Source of the DNA: Phycisphaerae bacterium
GTDB lineage: Bacteria; Planctomycetota; Phycisphaerae; UBA1845; Fen-1342
DNA: 38,380 bases
Direction of reading: 5' to 3'
NCBI GenBank assembly: GCA_050115495.1
Contig: JASFQK010000050.1
Span: forward strand, 1-38,380
Shown piece after piece: positions 27,084-35,591 of this stretch. Every line of letters begins with the position of its first letter. Positions within the stretch are counted from its first letter, which is position 1. The translations under genes were made by a program, and so were the position numbers. Below the pieces are notes generated by a model. It ran no database searches, was not told the DNA's origin, and saw nothing but the letters and a program-made list of their open reading frames with translations.

Positions 27084-28157
27084 ATGGCCGCGGATGATGC
27101 CGGCGACAGGACGGAAGACCCGACCCCGAAGCGCCTTACTGAGGCGCGGCGGGAGGGGCGCATTCCGCGCAGCACCGACCTCACGGCGGCCGTTGCTTTG
27201 CTGGGCGCGCTGCTGCTGCTGAAGCTGCTGGGCGGCGGTGTGTTCAACTCGATGCTGGATCTGATCCACGCCATCGGCGACCCGCCCGACGTCACCGCCG
27301 ACAGCCTCGGTCCGTGGCTCCAGCGCGTGGCCATCGCCGTCGCCGGCATGCTCCTGCCTTTCCTGCTGTTGATGATGGTGATCACGGCGGTGGGGGCGGC
27401 CCTGCAATCCGGTGTGCCGATCTCGACCAAGCGCCTGGCCCCGAAGCTGGACAAGCTGAATCCGATGAACGGGTTGAAGCGGCTGTGGTCGCTCGACTCG
27501 GTGACGCGGATGGGCATGGGCGTCCTGAAGATGATCCTGATCGCCCTGGTGGCCTACTTCACGATCGTCGGCGACATCGACGTGGTGCTCTCGGCGGGGA
27601 CGCTGCATCCGTTCGGGGCGTTCGACATGTCCTGCACGCTGATGTTCGACCTGGCCCTGCGCATGGCGGCGACGCTCCTGCTGGTGGCCTTGATCGACTA
27701 CGCCTACCAGCGGTGGAACTGGTGGCGGAAGCTGAAGATGACCAAGCAGGAAGTCAAGGATGAGATGAAGAACATGGAGGGCGATCCGCAGGTTCGCGCA
27801 CGCCGCCGCCGGGCGCAGATGCAAGTGGCCATGCAGCGGCTGAACGTCGAGGTACCGCGGGCGGACGTCGTGGTCACCAACCCGACCGAGTTCGCCGTGG
27901 CCCTGCAGTACGACGAGGCGACGATGCACGCCCCGCGGGTCAACGCCAAGGGGCAGGACCTGCTCGCCTTGCGGATCCGTCAGTTGGCCCAGCAGCACGG
28001 CGTGCCCATCGTGCAGCGTCCGCCACTGGCCCGGGCCCTGTATGCAGCGGTCGAGGTCGGGCAGGAGGTTCCGCCGACCTTCTACCGCGCCGTCGCGGAG
28101 TTGCTGGCGTACGTGTACCAGTTATCCGGGCGCCAGCCGGCGGCCCGCAGCGCGTAA
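27084..28157 (+). CDS. flhB: Flagellar export switch protein FlhB
   Basis: 'RTEDPTPKRL', 'KMTKQEVKDEMKNMEGDP', cleavage site 'NPTE', 'PPLARALY'. Confidence 0.98.
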   Translation: MAADDAGDRTEDPTPKRLTEARREGRIPRSTDLTAAVALLGALLLLKLLGGGVFNSMLDLIHAIGDPPDVTADSLGPWLQRVAIAVAGMLLPFLLLMMVITAVGAALQSGVPISTKRLAPKLDKLNPMNGLKRLWSLDSVTRMGMGVLKMILIALVAYFTIVGDIDVVLSAGTLHPFGAFDMSCTLMFDLALRMAATLLLVALIDYAYQRWNWWRKLKMTKQEVKDEMKNMEGDPQVRARRRRAQMQVAMQRLNVEVPRADVVVTNPTEFAVALQYDEATMHAPRVNAKGQDLLALRIRQLAQQHGVPIVQRPPLARALYAAVEVGQEVPPTFYRAVAELLAYVYQLSGRQPAARSA

Positions 28158-28195
28158 TCGGGCGGGGCCAACGCCGGTCCCGCTGAGTCGTTGAG

Positions 28196-30283
28196 GTGCA
28201 GATGTTCGAGAACAACCCCATCATCCGGTTCATCGCCAAGAACCGCGGGTTGCTCTTCCCCTTCGCCGCCGGCGCCCTGATTTTCGTCGTGCTCATCCCG
28301 CTGCCGACGATGATCCTCGACTTCCTGCTGACCACGAATATCCTCATCACCGCCATCGTGCTGATGACGGTGATGTACATCCGCAATCCGCTGGAGATGT
28401 CCAGCTTCCCATCGCTGCTGCTGGCCACGACGCTGTTCCGGCTGGTGCTGAATACGGCGACCACGCGTCTGATTCTCTCCAACGGCAGCCAGGGCACGGA
28501 CGCCGCCGGACACGTCATCGAGGCCTTCGGCGTGTTCGTGGCCAGCAACTCGCTGGCGGTGGGCGTGATCATCTTCCTGATCATCACGGTGATCCAGTTC
28601 GTGGTGATCACCAAGGGCGCCACGCGCATCGCCGAGGTGGCTGCCCGTTTCACGTTGGACGGCATGCCGGGCAAGCAAATGGCCATCGACGCCGATCTCA
28701 ACGCCGGCATGATCGATGAGCCCGAGGCTCGCCGTCGCCGCCGGGAGATCAGTGACGAGGCGGATTTCTACGGGGCGATGGACGGTGCCAGCAAGTTCGT
28801 CCGCGGCGACGCGGTGGCTGGGTTGATTATCACGTTCGTCAACGTGCTCGGCGGCCTGTACGTGGGCATGGTCGAGGGCGGGATGAACGTGTGGGACTGC
28901 CTCGAGGTCTACACGAAGCTGACCATCGGCGACGGGCTGGCCAGCCAGATTCCGGCGTTCCTGCTGTCGGTGGGCGCGGCGATGCTGGTGACGCGCAGCA
29001 CGGGCAAGACGAACATGGGCGAGGAGGTGCTCGGCCAGGTGCTCGCCAAACCGGTGGCCCTCACCGCTGCCGCCGGCTTCCTGGGCGTGCTGATGCTCAC
29101 GCCGCTGCCGAAGGTCCCGCTGTTCAGTCTGGCCGGCGGATGTGGGCTGGTGGCCTTCTTCCTGCGGCAGTCACAGCACAGCCAGCAGGCACGCAAGCTG
29201 AACGAGGAGCAGGCCAAGCAGCGGGCGAAGCCACCGCAGATCGAGTCACACCTGGGTCTCGACGCGCTCGAGCTCCAGATCGGCTTCGGCCTGGTGCGCC
29301 TGGTCGACCGCAATCGCGGCGGCGACCTGCTCGACCGCATCGCCGCTCTCCGCAAGCAGATGGCCACCGAGCTCGGCCTCGTTGTGCCGCCGGTACGCAT
29401 CCGCGACAGCGCCGACCTGCCGCCCAATCGTTACCGGTTGCTGCTGCGCGGCGAGCAGATCGCCGGCAGCGAGATCTATCCGGACCAGGTGCTGGCCATT
29501 GACTCGGGCGTGGCCGGCGAGCGGCTGCCTGGCTTCGAGACGCGCGAGCCGGCCTTCGGGCTCAAGGCCTGGTGGATCGTCCCCGACCATCGCGAACGCG
29601 CCGAGCGTCTGAACTACACCGTTGTCGAGCCGACCGGCGTGCTGGCCACGCACCTGACCGAGCTCATCAAGCGCCACGCCGCCGACCTGCTCACGCGGGC
29701 CGACACGCAGAAGCTGATCGACAACCTCAAGCAGCACAACGCCACGGTCGTCGAGGAAGTCATCCCGAACGTGCTGAAGACCGGCGACGTGCAGCGCGTC
29801 CTGCAGGGTCTGCTGCGCGAGCGTGTGCCCATCCGCGACCTCGAAACCGTGCTCGAGACGCTCGGCGACTGGGCCCCGAAGAGCAAGGATCCCGAGATCC
29901 TCATCGAATACGCCCGCAACGCCCTGGCCCGCACCATTTGCGGCCAGTGCAAGGACGCCCAGGGCGTGATCCACTGTGTCACCTTCGACCCGGCGACCGA
30001 GGACTACATCCAGGCCAACATCCAACGCCTCGAATACGGCTCGGCCCTGGCCCTCCCGCCCGAGCGGCAGTCCGAGCTGGCCACCAAGCTGCGCCAGGCG
30101 ATCGAGACGGCGGGGCCCTCTGCGGCCGGTTCGCCGCTGGTCGTCCTGTGCTCGCCGCAGATTCGCGTCTGGGTACGCCGGATCATCGAGCCCATCCTCC
30201 CGCAGACGGCGGTGCTCGCTCTGAACGAGATCGTGCGTGGAGTGAACGTCCAGGCCCATGGAGTCGTCAGCCTTGAGTTATAA
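28196..30283 (+). CDS. flhA: Flagellar export protein FlhA
   Basis: FHIPEP motif 'RIAEVAARFTLDGMPGKQMAIDADL', 'FYGAMDGASKFVRGDA', 'LTIGDGL'. Confidence 0.99.
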   Translation: MQMFENNPIIRFIAKNRGLLFPFAAGALIFVVLIPLPTMILDFLLTTNILITAIVLMTVMYIRNPLEMSSFPSLLLATTLFRLVLNTATTRLILSNGSQGTDAAGHVIEAFGVFVASNSLAVGVIIFLIITVIQFVVITKGATRIAEVAARFTLDGMPGKQMAIDADLNAGMIDEPEARRRRREISDEADFYGAMDGASKFVRGDAVAGLIITFVNVLGGLYVGMVEGGMNVWDCLEVYTKLTIGDGLASQIPAFLLSVGAAMLVTRSTGKTNMGEEVLGQVLAKPVALTAAAGFLGVLMLTPLPKVPLFSLAGGCGLVAFFLRQSQHSQQARKLNEEQAKQRAKPPQIESHLGLDALELQIGFGLVRLVDRNRGGDLLDRIAALRKQMATELGLVVPPVRIRDSADLPPNRYRLLLRGEQIAGSEIYPDQVLAIDSGVAGERLPGFETREPAFGLKAWWIVPDHRERAERLNYTVVEPTGVLATHLTELIKRHAADLLTRADTQKLIDNLKQHNATVVEEVIPNVLKTGDVQRVLQGLLRERVPIRDLETVLETLGDWAPKSKDPEILIEYARNALARTICGQCKDAQGVIHCVTFDPATEDYIQANIQRLEYGSALALPPERQSELATKLRQAIETAGPSAAGSPLVVLCSPQIRVWVRRIIEPILPQTAVLALNEIVRGVNVQAHGVVSLEL

Positions 30284-31370
30284 CGTACGCACCTTTCAGG
30301 CAGCCTCGATGCCCGCGGCCCTCGAGCTGGTCAAACGCGAGATGGGACCGGACGCGGTGATCCTGGGCACGCGCTGTATTCCGGCAGGGAGAATCGGTGG
30401 CCTGGTCGGCCGGCAGCGCGTGGAGATCACGGCGTCGCCGGCACACGAGGGCGGGCCTGCGCTGCGCCTGGGTCGCCCGGGCGGGAGCAATGGCGACGCT
30501 CGCCGGACTCAGCCTGCTGCGGTCAAAGCCGCGCCGGCTTCTCCTGCTCCGAGTGCCGCAGCCACCGCGTCGACTCCGCCGGCGCTGCCGGAAGAGGTGT
30601 ATCCGTACTACGTGAAGCTCGTGCAGAACGAAGTGGCGGAGGAGCTGGCGGCGCGCGTGCTCGGGGCGGCGGCACGGGCCATGCCTGCGCACATGCTCGC
30701 TGATCCGAAGGTGCTCCCCGAAGTGCTGCGTCGCTGCATCGCCCGGCTCGTGCCGACGGCGGAGACGGCGGAGATTCCCGAGGGCGGCATGCGACGCATC
30801 AGCCTGGTCGGCCCGCCCGGCGGGGGTAAGACGACGATGCTGGCCAAGCTGGCGGCGCAGTTCAAGCTGCGGCGAGGCCGGCGTGTGGCTCTGCTCTCGT
30901 TGGACATGCACCGGCTGGCGGCCAACGAGCAGCTCAAGCGCTACGCCGAACTCATCGACGTGCCCATGGAGTCGGCGCAGACGGTCAACCAGGTGAAGCG
31001 GGCGCTCGAGAAGCTCGCCGGCGCCGACTGCCTGTTGGTCGACACGCCGGGCGTGGGTCCGCGCGAACAGGGCCGTTTCGCCCGCATGGCAGCACTGCTT
31101 CGTGCCGTCCGCCCGGACGAACTGCACCTGGTGCTGCCGGCGTGCCTGTCCGGAGCGGCACAGAAACGGTTGGCGGAGGCGTTCGCGCCGTTGGGCGTGA
31201 CTCGCCTGGCGCTGACGCACTTGGATGAGGCGGTGGGCTTCGGGGTCGTGCTGAATGCTGCGGACCGGCTGAAGGGGAAATTGTCGTATCTGGCGGCGGG
31301 ACAGAATGTTCCGCGAGATATCGAGGAGGCTTGCGGCAACCGGATTGCCGAGTTAATCTTACCCGTGTGA
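30273..31370 (+). CDS. flhF: Flagellar biosynthesis SRP-family GTPase FlhF
   Basis: N-terminal 'VRTFQAASMPAALELVKREMGPDAVIL', GPPGGGKTT, DTPG, GQNVPRDI; start at TTG 30273 or ATG 30258. Confidence 0.93.
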   Translation: MSYNVRTFQAASMPAALELVKREMGPDAVILGTRCIPAGRIGGLVGRQRVEITASPAHEGGPALRLGRPGGSNGDARRTQPAAVKAAPASPAPSAAATASTPPALPEEVYPYYVKLVQNEVAEELAARVLGAAARAMPAHMLADPKVLPEVLRRCIARLVPTAETAEIPEGGMRRISLVGPPGGGKTTMLAKLAAQFKLRRGRRVALLSLDMHRLAANEQLKRYAELIDVPMESAQTVNQVKRALEKLAGADCLLVDTPGVGPREQGRFARMAALLRAVRPDELHLVLPACLSGAAQKRLAEAFAPLGVTRLALTHLDEAVGFGVVLNAADRLKGKLSYLAAGQNVPRDIEEACGNRIAELILPV

Positions 31371-31404
31371 GCCTGGGTAGCCCCCATTCGCTTTCTGGTG
31401 GAGC

Positions 31405-32253
31405 ATGGGGCGAACCGAAGACGGCCCATCACTGTTAAGCTCGGTAGGGAAAGCGAAGCAGAGCAGGGTGATTGCCGTCGCTAGTGGGAAGGGGGGCGTC
31501 GGCAAAACCAACATTGCCTTGAACGTCGGGATCGAGCTGGCTCGCCGCGGACGGCGTGCCGTTCTGCTCGATGCTGACTTCGGTCTGGCCAACGTCGACA
31601 TTCTGTTGAACATCGCGCCGCTGCATAGCGTGCACGACTTGCTCGACGAGGATGGATCGCTGGAAGAACTGCTCGTGCGTGGCCCGCACGATTTGCGCTT
31701 GCTGTGCGGGACGTCGGGTGTGGCGCGGGATGGTCGACCGCCGGCGTTCGGGCGACAGGCGTGTGCGCGGGTTCTCGGACGTTTGCGGGGTGGTTGCGAC
31801 GACTTAATCATCGACTGCTGCGCGGGGGTGACGCCAGCAACGGCGACGTTCGCGCTGGCCAGCGACCTGCTTCTGCTGACGACGACGCCGGAACCGACCG
31901 CGCTGGCCGACGCATATGCGACATTGAAGCTGCTGTGCGCGCAGGGGTTTGCGGGGCGGGTGGGAGCGGTGGTGAACATGGTTCGGTCGCGGGGGGAGGG
32001 GCGGGAGGTGGTAGGGCGATTGGGGCGGGTGGCGGCCCGTTTTCTCGGACTGACGGTGCAGGATCTGGGTTGCGTGCTGAACGATCGGCGGGTGCCGCAG
32101 GCGGTGGTGGGGCGCGAGCCGTTCGTCGTGCGCTATCCGCGTTGTCCGGCCAGTCGCTGCATCGGGGAGATTTGCGACCGCCTGACTCTGCCGGAGGCTG
32201 ACCCCGCAGAACCTCACGAAATCTGGGCTCAGGTGGCGGGCTTGTTCCTCTAA
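31405..32253 (+). CDS. flhG: MinD/ParA-family flagellar number regulator FlhG (FleN)
   Basis: Deviant Walker A SGKGGVGKT, 'LDADFGLANVDILL', 'TTPEPTALADAYA', C-terminal amphipathic helix; follows flhF. Confidence 0.92.
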   Translation: MGRTEDGPSLLSSVGKAKQSRVIAVASGKGGVGKTNIALNVGIELARRGRRAVLLDADFGLANVDILLNIAPLHSVHDLLDEDGSLEELLVRGPHDLRLLCGTSGVARDGRPPAFGRQACARVLGRLRGGCDDLIIDCCAGVTPATATFALASDLLLLTTTPEPTALADAYATLKLLCAQGFAGRVGAVVNMVRSRGEGREVVGRLGRVAARFLGLTVQDLGCVLNDRRVPQAVVGREPFVVRYPRCPASRCIGEICDRLTLPEADPAEPHEIWAQVAGLFL

Positions 32254-32261
32254 CGCTTCGT

Positions 32262-32289
32262 GCAAGGCCGCAGGATAGCAGGCCGATAG
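32262..32289 (+). promoter_or_regulatory. Candidate sigma28 (FliA)-type promoter upstream of hyp-fliA
   Basis: GCAAG-N15-GCCGATAG. Confidence 0.5.
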
Positions 32290-32306
32290 AAGACACGGAC
32301 GTCGAT

Positions 32307-32594
32307 ATGGTACGAAGCATCGGAGCACAACTGGGTTTACTGGCCTTCGGCCTCGCGATCCTTGCCGGGCTCTACGCCGGCAACTCCCCGATCACTATTC
32401 TCACGCGCAGTCTGCTGATCATGGTGGTGGCCTGTGTGCTGGGACAGATCGTCGGGTGGAGTGGCAAGCTCGTGCTGCGCGATCACCTCCAGCGGAGAAA
32501 GCTCGCCCTCGACCGCGAGCACTGCGAGGCGATGCTGGCGATGAGCGAGGACGCCGAAGCGCCGGAACCGGCGGCCGCCGCCGAGGAAGGGTAG
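32307..32594 (+). CDS. Hypothetical two-TM membrane protein immediately upstream of fliA
   Basis: Two hydrophobic helices then an acidic tail; ends 3 nt before the fliA start. Confidence 0.8.
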   Translation: MVRSIGAQLGLLAFGLAILAGLYAGNSPITILTRSLLIMVVACVLGQIVGWSGKLVLRDHLQRRKLALDREHCEAMLAMSEDAEAPEPAAAAEEG

Positions 32595-32597
32595 AGG

Positions 32598-33443
32598 ATG
32601 AGCCAGCGCCGAGGCGCCCATCTGCGGTTGCGCCGTGTCAGTCGCGATCACCCCGTGCGCTCGTTCCCAGACCAGCAGTCGCTGATGGCGGCCTGGGAGC
32701 AGTACAAGCAGGCCGGGGGCAACGAGCTGCGCAATCGCCTGATGGAGCACTATCTCTACCTCGTCCGCTACAACGCCGAGCGGATCGGGGCCAAGCTGCC
32801 CGACGAGGTGGACGTGGACGACCTGATGAGCGCCGGCGTGTTCGGGTTGCTGGACGCGATCGACGCGTTCGACCTCGAGCGCGGCGTGAAGTTCGAGACC
32901 TATTGCGCGCCGCGCATTCGCGGAGCTATCCTGGACGAGCTGCGGAACATGGACTGGGTCCCGCGGCTGGTCCGTCACCGGGCCCACAAGCTGGCCGAGG
33001 TGACGCGGGCCCTCGAGGTCGAGTTGGGCCGGATCCCGAACGAGGACGAGATCGCCCGGCGGCTCGGCCTGTCCCGGCCGCAGTTCGACAAGCTGATGCG
33101 CGACGCCAACGCCGTGGCCCTCATCTCGCTGTCGCGGAAGTTCACCGACTCGGAGTCGGCCCGCGACGTCTTCGAGATCGACGTGGTGCCCGACGAGCAG
33201 AGCAGCGATCCGGTCAGCGAGGCCCAGAAGCAGGACATCAAGGACCTGGTGACCCGCGGGCTCAGCCGTGCCGAACGCCTGATCATCGTGCTGTACTACT
33301 ACGAACAGATGACCATGAAGCAGATCGGCGAGACGCTCGATCTGTCCGAGTCACGCGTCAGCCAGATGCACTCCGCGATTCTGGCCCGGTTGCGCGGGCA
33401 ATTGCAGTTACGTGAGCGGGAGTTCGTCGGCGAGACGGGCTAG
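32598..33443 (+). CDS. fliA: RNA polymerase sigma factor FliA/WhiG (sigma28)
   Basis: 'DDLMSAGVFGLLDAI', 'FETYCAPRIRGAILDELRNMDWVPR', 'LSESRVSQMH'. Confidence 0.97.
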   Translation: MSQRRGAHLRLRRVSRDHPVRSFPDQQSLMAAWEQYKQAGGNELRNRLMEHYLYLVRYNAERIGAKLPDEVDVDDLMSAGVFGLLDAIDAFDLERGVKFETYCAPRIRGAILDELRNMDWVPRLVRHRAHKLAEVTRALEVELGRIPNEDEIARRLGLSRPQFDKLMRDANAVALISLSRKFTDSESARDVFEIDVVPDEQSSDPVSEAQKQDIKDLVTRGLSRAERLIIVLYYYEQMTMKQIGETLDLSESRVSQMHSAILARLRGQLQLREREFVGETG

Positions 33444-33465
33444 CGCGCCCGGGAGGCGCAGAGCG

Positions 33466-33756
33466 ATGTCGACCATACCGCCGAATTGGATGTCCTCCAT
33501 CATCGGTACGCACGACACGCAGCGCAACGCCAGCGAAGCCAAGAGCCGCGACTCCGCCAGCCAGGCCGAGCGCAACCAGTTCGCCAACCGTCTCCAGAAC
33601 GCCATCGAGGAGACCGAGAAGGACAACGAGGTCTACTCGGACTCCGAAGGTCTCGGCAGCCAGGGCCGGCCGTCGGAGTCGGACGAGTCAGAAGCGCAGC
33701 GCGACGAAGAGCAGCAGGACGAGTCCACCCCCGGCGGGCTGGACATTCAGGCCTGA
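33466..33756 (+). CDS. Small acidic hypothetical protein ending GGLDIQA
   Basis: GGGAGG RBS before ATG 33466; GC-biased third positions; last gene of the + strand run. Confidence 0.75.
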   Translation: MSTIPPNWMSSIIGTHDTQRNASEAKSRDSASQAERNQFANRLQNAIEETEKDNEVYSDSEGLGSQGRPSESDESEAQRDEEQQDESTPGGLDIQA

Positions 33757-35018
33757 ACCCGCGATTTCCTCCCCACCGCCAGCAGCCCTCCCGCCAGCAC
33801 GCACATTACCGGGTATAGCGGCGCCAGCAGACGAATGTCACCGCGTGAGACCAGTGCGTGCAGGATGATGTACGTGCCGGCCAGCAGCCACAGCCCGCCC
33901 AGCTTCCGCCGGCGCAAGGCCAGCACGACGGCGCCGGCCGCCGCCAGCGCGTACGTGACGTAGTACTGGTAGTACAGGGCGTGGAACAGTTTCCCGGCGG
34001 TCGAGTTCTCCGGCCGCAGCACGGCGCCCCACAGATTCTCGACTTCCCACGCCGGCACGAGCGAGAAGAGCTGGCCGGCCCGTTGTACGTACGTCACCAG
34101 TGCCGGCAGCGGATGCGCCCAGGCGATCTCGCGTTCGATCCGGACCAGCTCATCGTTGATCTGCGCTTCGTTCAGGCCGCGGGCCCGCAGTTCGGCGAAG
34201 GCGTGGTCGGCGTGGAGGCCGAAGTCCCACGCGTTGTGGTGGCCGAGGTTCGTGGTCAGCGGCACGATTTCGCCGAACAGGCGGTAGTTCCGCACGGTCC
34301 ACGCCCCGACACCCGCCGCCGCCGGCAGGACGGCCAGGGCCAGCAGCAGCCAGCGCTGCGCGCCGCGATTCTCGCGCAGGATGCGCCAGCCGAGCACCGG
34401 GTACACGCAGAGCGTCACCGGCCGCACGAACAGCGCCGCCGCTGCCACCACGCCGAAGGCCAGCGTCCCGATTCGGCTGCGGACGGCGGTGCCGAGGACG
34501 AGCAGGACGGCCAGCACACCGAATAGCGCGGTGTGCAGCGATTCGGTCATGGGGTTGGGCATCCATAGCACGTGCAGCCCCAGCAGCGCCTGGACGAAGA
34601 CCGCCGGCCAGGCGCCGAACAGGCGCGCGGCGACCAGGAGATAGCACAATTGCGTGACCAGGTCGGCAACGATGTTCAGGCCGAGGTAGGCGTGGTCGTT
34701 CCACCCGCACACGCCGTGCAGCAGGGCCAGGGTCGCCGGATAGCCGGGTGAGCGGAAGGCTCGGAAGGTGAATCCCTGAAAGGCCTCGGTCTCGCCCTCG
34801 TAGTGTTGGGCGTAGCCGTGACCGGAGAGGAGGCTTTGGGCCAGGTCGCGGTAGTCGCGGGCATCGCTGGAGAAGGCCGGCGTGGCCATCGCCGCCAGAT
34901 AGAGGCGAAGGGCGAACGAGAGTACGAACGTGGTGATGATGGCGGCTCGGACCGCCGGTCCGGCACCCCAGAGGTGAACCGGGGCGTGGATGGTCTCGTT
35001 CGAGACGGTTTGGGACAT
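33747..35018 (-). CDS. Polytopic membrane protein, GT-C-like glycosyltransferase (ArnT/PMT family 39-like)
   Basis: 'SDARDY..LAQSLLSGHGY', 'FRSPGYP', 'MTESL', 'LFVRP', 'WTVRNYRLFG', 'IRLLAP'; many TM helices; start placed at ATG 35018. Confidence 0.75.
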   Translation of the reverse strand: MSQTVSNETIHAPVHLWGAGPAVRAAIITTFVLSFALRLYLAAMATPAFSSDARDYRDLAQSLLSGHGYAQHYEGETEAFQGFTFRAFRSPGYPATLALLHGVCGWNDHAYLGLNIVADLVTQLCYLLVAARLFGAWPAVFVQALLGLHVLWMPNPMTESLHTALFGVLAVLLVLGTAVRSRIGTLAFGVVAAAALFVRPVTLCVYPVLGWRILRENRGAQRWLLLALAVLPAAAGVGAWTVRNYRLFGEIVPLTTNLGHHNAWDFGLHADHAFAELRARGLNEAQINDELVRIEREIAWAHPLPALVTYVQRAGQLFSLVPAWEVENLWGAVLRPENSTAGKLFHALYYQYYVTYALAAAGAVVLALRRRKLGGLWLLAGTYIILHALVSRGDIRLLAPLYPVMCVLAGGLLAVGRKSRVQA

Positions 35019-35044
35019 ACCGCTGTGTTCCCGCTCCGGAGCCA

Positions 35045-35551
35045 CTAACCCTCGAAGAACGGTCTGATCTGGGCCACCCACTGAGCGATGCGCTCGGGCG
35101 TCAGCTCGCGCTGCGTGTCGTCGTCGAGGGCCAGGCCGACGAACTGGTCGTCAACGACGGCGGTCGACGTGGCCCAGCGGTAGCCCTCGGCGGGCCAGTG
35201 GCCGACCACGGTGGCTCCGCAACGGCGCACGGCCTCGTAGAGGGTGCCCAGGGCGTCCTGGAAGCGTCCCGAGTAGCCCTGCTGATCGCCGAGGCCGAAG
35301 AGGGCCACGGTCTTGCCGCGCAGGTCGAGCTTCTCCAGTTCGGGCAGGAAGTCCCGGAAGTGCTCTTGCATCTGACCCTCTTCCCAGGTCGACACACCCA
35401 GGATCAGGCCGTCACAGCTTGCGAATTCCGCCGGTGTCGCGTCGCGGATGTCGCGGCAGATGGCGATCATGGGGCCGAGGGCTCCGCGGATGAGCTGTGC
35501 GGCGCGGGCGGTGTTTCCGGTGGTGCTGCCGTAGAACAGGCCGACTTTCAT
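35045..35551 (-). CDS. Long-chain flavodoxin
   Basis: 'FYGSTTGNT', 'LILGVSTW', 'ALFGLGDQQGY', 'FVGLALD...RIAQWV'; GGAGG RBS. Confidence 0.95.
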   Translation of the reverse strand: MKVGLFYGSTTGNTARAAQLIRGALGPMIAICRDIRDATPAEFASCDGLILGVSTWEEGQMQEHFRDFLPELEKLDLRGKTVALFGLGDQQGYSGRFQDALGTLYEAVRRCGATVVGHWPAEGYRWATSTAVVDDQFVGLALDDDTQRELTPERIAQWVAQIRPFFEG

Positions 35552-35591
35552 GAGCACGCCTCCAACGATCCGGGGGGTGCCGGCATGATGC

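Noticed and set aside
25796..27097. 433-aa ORF spanning the repeat array, fliQ and fliR
   Set aside because: Arg/Gly-rich off-frame translation overlapping two confident genes
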